This document shows positions 57,902 to 64,000 of a stretch of DNA of 64,000 bases, in pieces (position 1 is the stretch's first letter; the number at the start of each line of letters is the position of its first letter). A program made the translations under genes and the position numbers. The notes under the pieces were generated by a model. That model made no database searches. It was not told where the DNA came from and saw only the letters and a program-made list of their open reading frames with translations. Location: contig DATJPT010000017.1 of assembly GCA_035506275.1 (NCBI GenBank), forward strand, positions 11,831 to 75,830, read 5' to 3'. The DNA comes from Bacteroidota bacterium (GTDB taxonomy: Bacteria; Bacteroidota; Ignavibacteria; UBA10030; UBA8401).

Positions 57902-59224
57902 TCAGTGGAATCGCTGCGCCATCATGCGCCCGAAATTCTTTCCTTTTGAGAAATTCTTCATCATTTTCTGCATCTCGAAAAACTGTTTGAGAAGCTTGTT
58001 CACTTCCTGCACCGAAGTCCCGCTCCCCGACGCGATACGCTTCCGACGCGATCCGTTGATAATGGCAGGATGCTGGCGCTCTTCCACCGTCATCGAGAGG
58101 ATGATCGCTTCGACATACTTCATCTCCTTGTCGTCGACCTCGTTGATATTGCCCAGCTTGTTCGCCCCGGGGATCATCGAGAGAACCTGGCTCAGCGGCC
58201 CCATTTTTTTGACCTCCTGAAGCTGGCCGTAAAAATCTTCCAGCGTGAACTGCGCCTTGCGGATCTTCTGTTCGAGCTGCTCGGCCTTTTCCTTGTCGAA
58301 AGATTGCTGCGCTTTCTCGACGAGCGTCACGATGTCCCCCATGCCGAGGATCCGCGACGCCATTCGGTCGGGATAAAACTGCTCGAGCGCGTCAAGTTTT
58401 TCGCCGGTGCCGACGAACTTGATCGGCCTTTCAACCACAGAGCGGATCGACAGGGCAGCCCCGCCGCGCGTGTCGCCGTCGAGCTTCGTCAGCACCACGC
58501 CGTCGAAGTTAAGCCGGTCGTGGAATGCTTTCGCCGTGTTGACGGCATCCTGTCCGGTCATCGCATCCACCACGAAGAGGATCTCGTGCGGTTGGACGGA
58601 TGTTTTGATGCTTTCGGCTTCGCGCATCATCTCTTCATCGACATGCAGCCGTCCGGCCGTGTCGATGATCACCGTGTCTCGTGCGTTCTTCCTCGCGTGG
58701 TCGATGCTGTTCTTCGCGATGTCGACCGCCGTATCCGTGCGGCTCGAGAAGACCGGCACCCCGATCTGTCCGCCCAATGCGATCAACTGATCAACGGCAG
58801 CGGGACGATAGACGTCCGCGGCGACGAGCAGCGGACTGCGCCCTTTCGACTTCAACAGGTTCGCGAGTTTCGCCGCGAACGTTGTCTTGCCCGAGCCCTG
58901 CAGCCCCGCGATCATGATCACCGACGGCGGCGTCTGGGAGATCGTGATGTCCCCCTTCGTTGAGCCCAACAAGGCCACCAGTTCGTCGCGGATGATCTTG
59001 ACGATGAGCTGGCCCGGGGCAACGCTTCCGACGACCTCCTTGCCGAGCGACTTCTGTTGGACGTTGTCGATGAACTGTTTGACGACCTTGTAATTGACGT
59101 CCGCGTCGAGCAGCACTTTACGGACTTCGCGCAGCATCTCCGCGATGTTGGCCTCGGAGATCCTTCCTTCGCCGCGAAGGCGCTTAAGGACGGAATCTAA
59201 TTTTTGCGTAAGGGTATCGAACAC
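57902..59224 (-). CDS. ffh: signal recognition particle protein Ffh
   Basis: N domain, GTPase G domain (GLQGSGKTT, DTAGR, TKLD), Met-rich M domain. Confidence 0.92.
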   Translation of the reverse strand: MFDTLTQKLDSVLKRLRGEGRISEANIAEMLREVRKVLLDADVNYKVVKQFIDNVQQKSLGKEVVGSVAPGQLIVKIIRDELVALLGSTKGDITISQTPPSVIMIAGLQGSGKTTFAAKLANLLKSKGRSPLLVAADVYRPAAVDQLIALGGQIGVPVFSSRTDTAVDIAKNSIDHARKNARDTVIIDTAGRLHVDEEMMREAESIKTSVQPHEILFVVDAMTGQDAVNTAKAFHDRLNFDGVVLTKLDGDTRGGAALSIRSVVERPIKFVGTGEKLDALEQFYPDRMASRILGMGDIVTLVEKAQQSFDKEKAEQLEQKIRKAQFTLEDFYGQLQEVKKMGPLSQVLSMIPGANKLGNINEVDDKEMKYVEAIILSMTVEERQHPAIINGSRRKRIASGSGTSVQEVNKLLKQFFEMQKMMKNFSKGKNFGRMMAQRFH

Positions 59225-59229
59225 GGTAA

Positions 59230-59330
59230 CGCAATTAAGAATTAAGAATGAAAAAGTAAAAATTAAGAATTGAAAACACCGATGAAAATCTCGTGTATCA
59301 ACTCTTAATTTTTAATTGTTAATCTATGAT
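59230..59330. promoter_or_regulatory. AT-rich intergenic region (atpG-ffh) with repeated palindromic AATTAAGAATT motifs; putative ffh promoter/operator
   Basis: aattaagaattaagaat ... aaattaagaattg ... aactcttaatttttaattgttaat; GC far below the genome average. Confidence 0.3.
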
Positions 59331-59335
59331 CTTTC

Positions 59336-60232
59336 TCACCCTGCTTTTTTCAGCGCCTCTGCACCGCTGACGATTTCGAGCAGTTCTTTTGTGATGGATG
59401 CTTGGCGAGCCTTGTTGTAAGAAAGTTCAAGCGTGCTGATCATCTCTTTGGCGTTCGTCGACGCATTCTCCATCGCCGTCATGCGGGCTCCCTGCTCGGC
59501 GGCGTTCGATTCGAGCAGCACGCGCCACATCTGGAAATTCAGGTGCTTCGGCACCAGAGCAGAGACGATCTGGTCGCAGGACGGTTCATAAATATAGTCG
59601 ACGAGCGAATGAGGCTTCTTCTCGCCCCCTTTTTCAACCGTCTCGGGGGGGATCGGGAGAAACAGCTCCATGGCAATCCGCTGCTGAGCCGCATTCTTAA
59701 ACTCGTTGTACACGAGAACAACCTTATCGAATTTTCCGGCCGTGTAGCCGTCCACAATTTCCTTCACGATCGCCCGGGCGTTTCCGAAATTCAGGGAGTT
59801 GAAAATGCCTGTCTGTTTGAAAAGGATCTCGTAATTTCGTTTGCCGAAAAAGTCCGCCCCTTTCCGGCCGACGCAGAAGAGCTTCACTTTTCCCGCCGCG
59901 TACAGCTCTTTATAGTGAGTGTCGATATGGTTGACGGCCGCACGGATGATATTGGTGTTGAAGGCGCCGCACAGGCCGCGGTCCGCCGTGACGACCACGA
60001 CGGCGACATTCTCCACAGGACGCTGAGCCAGGGCCGGATAATTGGTGACGTCCACTTTTCCCGATAGATGACGAAGCATCTCCGCCATCTTTCTCGCGTA
60101 AGGCCGGGCTTGAAGAATTGATTCCTGGGCGCGCCGCAGCTTTGCGGCGGCGACCATTTTCATCGCCTTGGTGATTTTCTGCGTGCTCTTAACTCCGGCG
60201 ATCCGCCGGCGTATGTCTCGCAACGTTGCCAT
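59336..60232 (-). CDS. atpG: F0F1 ATP synthase subunit gamma
   Basis: MATLRDIRRRIAGVKSTQKITKAMKMVAAAKLRRAQ start, about 298 aa. Confidence 0.9.
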   Translation of the reverse strand: MATLRDIRRRIAGVKSTQKITKAMKMVAAAKLRRAQESILQARPYARKMAEMLRHLSGKVDVTNYPALAQRPVENVAVVVVTADRGLCGAFNTNIIRAAVNHIDTHYKELYAAGKVKLFCVGRKGADFFGKRNYEILFKQTGIFNSLNFGNARAIVKEIVDGYTAGKFDKVVLVYNEFKNAAQQRIAMELFLPIPPETVEKGGEKKPHSLVDYIYEPSCDQIVSALVPKHLNFQMWRVLLESNAAEQGARMTAMENASTNAKEMISTLELSYNKARQASITKELLEIVSGAEALKKAG

Positions 60233-60234
60233 GA

Positions 60235-61785
<1,551 letters not shown>

Positions 61786-61812
61786 TGTCGTGTCCTTGTT
61801 TGATTCAACATG

Positions 61813-62367
61813 CTAATTCTTTGATGCGGAGCCATTCTTCAGCCGGGATCTGAGCAGCTCAAGCTGACGGCTAATGCTTCCGTCGAGGGTCGTATCTCCG
61901 ACTCTTGCAACAAACCCCCCTTTCAACACTTTATCGAGACTGAAGGAAACGCGCACCTTCTTTTGCGTGAACGATTCCAATTGCTGTACCAGCTTTTTTT
62001 CCTGGTCGCCGGAGAATTTCACCGCCGTCCGGACATCCACCGCAACGATGCCGAGCTGTTCATCCCGTAAAAGGAAATACTGCTCGAGCACTTCGGCAAG
62101 CACGTCCTCGCGCCGCTTCTCTATAATGGAGGCGAGATACTGCTGGACGACATCGCCGATCTTCTTGTTGAAAAGTTCGGCGACGACCGCTTTTTTCTTC
62201 TCTTTCGAGATGACGGGACTGACGAGAAGCGAGCGAAGCTCCCGCGAGGCTTTGATCGCCGTTTGGACCGTCATCAGATCGTCCGCGACCGCTTCGGGTT
62301 TCTTCGCCTCTCCGGTCAATGCCATGAGCGCGGAGGCGTACCGTTTTGCTACTCTGGTATTACTCAT
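61813..62367 (-). CDS. atpH: F0F1 ATP synthase subunit delta
   Basis: OSCP-like, about 184 aa, operon position. Confidence 0.8.
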   Translation of the reverse strand: MSNTRVAKRYASALMALTGEAKKPEAVADDLMTVQTAIKASRELRSLLVSPVISKEKKKAVVAELFNKKIGDVVQQYLASIIEKRREDVLAEVLEQYFLLRDEQLGIVAVDVRTAVKFSGDQEKKLVQQLESFTQKKVRVSFSLDKVLKGGFVARVGDTTLDGSISRQLELLRSRLKNGSASKN

Positions 62368-62852
62368 TAATTTTTCGGGAGCGTTTGGAGGACCTTATCG
62401 ACGATCTTTTTCTGTCTTGGTTCGTCAAGCACTTCGTCGATGATCTTTTCAGCCGCGTTCACCGCAAGGTCGGCGACCTCGTTCTTCAACTGAAGAAGCG
62501 CCGTCTCCTTTTCGCGCTGAATATCGCCTTTCGCCTGTTCCATCATCGTTTTGGCGCCTGCCTGAGCCTTCGCAACGATTTCGTTCTTCATCTGTTCGGC
62601 CAGCTCGCGCCCCTCCTTTAAGATGCGCGACGTCTCTTCGTTCGCCCGCTTCATCGCTTCTTTATTCTGCTCGAGCAGGCGTTCGGATTCTTTTCGCGCT
62701 TCCTCGGCCTTGAGCAGCGCATCGCGAATGCCCTGTTCGCGGGCCTGCAGCGCACTCACCAGCGGCTTCCATGCAAACTTGCCGAGGATGAACAGAAGAA
62801 TGATAAAGGTGATGATCGTCCAGAGGATGAGTCCCGGATTGATGTCTAACAT
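62367..62852 (-). CDS. atpF: F0F1 ATP synthase subunit b
   Basis: Single N-terminal TM then long charged helix, operon position. Confidence 0.8.
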   Translation of the reverse strand: MLDINPGLILWTIITFIILLFILGKFAWKPLVSALQAREQGIRDALLKAEEARKESERLLEQNKEAMKRANEETSRILKEGRELAEQMKNEIVAKAQAGAKTMMEQAKGDIQREKETALLQLKNEVADLAVNAAEKIIDEVLDEPRQKKIVDKVLQTLPKN

Positions 62853-62870
62853 ATCGATCCTTGTAGAGTT

Positions 62871-63128
62871 TTACTTCGTTGCAAGAATGATGCAAATAGC
62901 GAGCGCAAAAAAAGTGACGCCTTCGATGAGCGCCGCGGCGATCAACATCGATGTACGCACTTGTCCCGCCACTTCCGGCTGGCGGCCGCTGGCTTCCATT
63001 GCCGCCGCTGCGAGTTTTCCGATTCCAAGACCCGCCCCAACGACGGTGATGGCGGCGCCGAACCCGGCTGCCAAGTATCCCCATTGTGTTGCAACGGCTT
63101 TCGCGACCTCAATTGGATTTGCTTCCAT
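62871..63128 (-). CDS. atpE: F0F1 ATP synthase subunit c
   Basis: 85 aa two-helix hairpin with GxGxGxG packing motif and conserved carboxylate (IEGVTF region). Confidence 0.85.
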   Translation of the reverse strand: MEANPIEVAKAVATQWGYLAAGFGAAITVVGAGLGIGKLAAAAMEASGRQPEVAGQVRTSMLIAAALIEGVTFFALAICIILATK

Positions 63129-63186
63129 TATTTTTCTCCTGTATGTGTTGATGTTATCATAATAGTGTACGATAGTTTTTCAAAGG

Positions 63187-64000
63187 TTAATGCGCATGTT
63201 CTTCATGTGCCTCATGGTTTTCCGTCTCCATACCGAGCCCCATAAAAAGCGACGTCAGCATTGTAAAAATGTACGCCTGGAGGAATGCGACAAAAAGTTC
63301 AAGAAGATCTATTCCGAGCGTGAAAAGGACGGACGGTACCGAAACCGTGTATCCCAGCGCCGGAGATAATCTTCCAAACACAAAGATCAATCCAAGCAGC
63401 GAGACGATGACGATGTGCCCAGCGGTCATGTTCGCAAACAAACGCACGCACAATGCAAACGCTTTGGTGAAAGTTCCGAGAATCTCGATCGGGACCATGA
63501 TGGGCCATAAGATCCAATGAACGCCGCCGGTGAAATGTGCGAAATAGTGGCCGAGCCCTTGCGCCCTGATGGCGGAGGCCTGAATCATGATATATGCGAT
63601 GACCGCAAGCCCGGCGGTAACGCTGACGTTTCCCGTTGCCGATGCACCGTACGGGACGAGCCCGAATAAATTCATTAAAAGGATGAAGAAAAAGGTCGTC
63701 AGCAAATAGGGGAGGTATTTGATTCCCCCTTCGCCCATGTTCGGGATCGCGATCTCGTCGCGTACGAAGACGACGAAAATTTCCACGAGGTTGCCGAATC
63801 CGGTCGGCACGGTTTGCCGCCTGTTTTTCCGCGCGGCGGCCGCCAGCGCAATGATCAAGAGAACCGCGGCGAGCCACAAAAAAACGACATGCTTCGTGAT
63901 CGACATATCGACGCCGAAAAAATGCAGATGGGGGAGGTCGAACCGGCCGAAGGGAGTCTCGATCTCGTGGGCATCCTGGACGTGGCGTAGGAGGTGCGTA
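63187..64000 (-). CDS. atpB: F0F1 ATP synthase subunit a; the 5' end probably extends past the window edge
   Basis: Conserved Arg in LCVRLFANMTAGH helix; the in-frame sequence upstream of the annotated ATG (63906) stays open to position 64000 (...AHEIETPFGRFDLPHLHFFGVD-M...), resembling the His-rich N-terminal segment of FCB-group a-subunits. Confidence 0.75.
   Translation of the reverse strand, partial: THLLRHVQDAHEIETPFGRFDLPHLHFFGVDMSITKHVVFLWLAAVLLIIALAAAARKNRRQTVPTGFGNLVEIFVVFVRDEIAIPNMGEGGIKYLPYLLTTFFFILLMNLFGLVPYGASATGNVSVTAGLAVIAYIMIQASAIRAQGLGHYFAHFTGGVHWILWPIMVPIEILGTFTKAFALCVRLFANMTAGHIVIVSLLGLIFVFGRLSPALGYTVSVPSVLFTLGIDLLELFVAFLQAYIFTMLTSLFMGLGMETENHEAHEEHAH

Overview
This 64 kb window is high-GC (about 58-60% by eye) bacterial chromosome and is densely coding. 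About 55 protein-coding genes were called; no rRNA, tRNA or CRISPR array was found. Three encoded proteins end in the type IX secretion (T9SS) C-terminal sorting domain (NYPNPFNPST...YFYRL...KKLxLLK). With an F-ATPase operon that lacks atpDC, this suggests a Fibrobacteres-Chlorobi-Bacteroidetes (FCB)-group organism (inference). Housekeeping genes: carA, radA, rdgB, a split hldE, tamB, rnr, cysS, recN, the rpsP-KH-rimM-trmD-rplS block, ffh, and atpB-E-F-H-A-G. Accessory genes: a peptidase C25 family (gingipain-like) protease and a thermolysin-family (MEROPS M4) protease that are both T9SS cargo, a large Lhr helicase, a bacterial inward-rectifier K+ channel (KirBac) followed by a putative RNase with an NYN nuclease fold (YacP-like), a TRAP transporter with an associated tetratricopeptide-repeat (TPR) protein of the TatT type, two two-component systems, and a lower-GC islet carrying an ORF6N-domain gene. 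The most unusual region is 45.1-51.1 kb: a nine-heme c-type cytochrome exported by T9SS, encoded beside a FadL/PorV-like outer-membrane barrel, an extremely Gly/Tyr-rich lipoprotein with an RGG-rich tail, and a small outer-membrane (OM) beta-barrel protein. This is a candidate outer-surface electron-transfer module. Other oddities are a secreted 7x KDKKKMA heptad-repeat mini-protein downstream of a CusRS-like two-component system, and a ~1047 aa outer-membrane protein that fuses a zincin domain, PD40 propellers and an Omp85-like barrel. Many long antisense 'shadow' ORFs in the six-frame track are GC artefacts and were rejected. All calls rest on motif recognition by eye; no database search was run.
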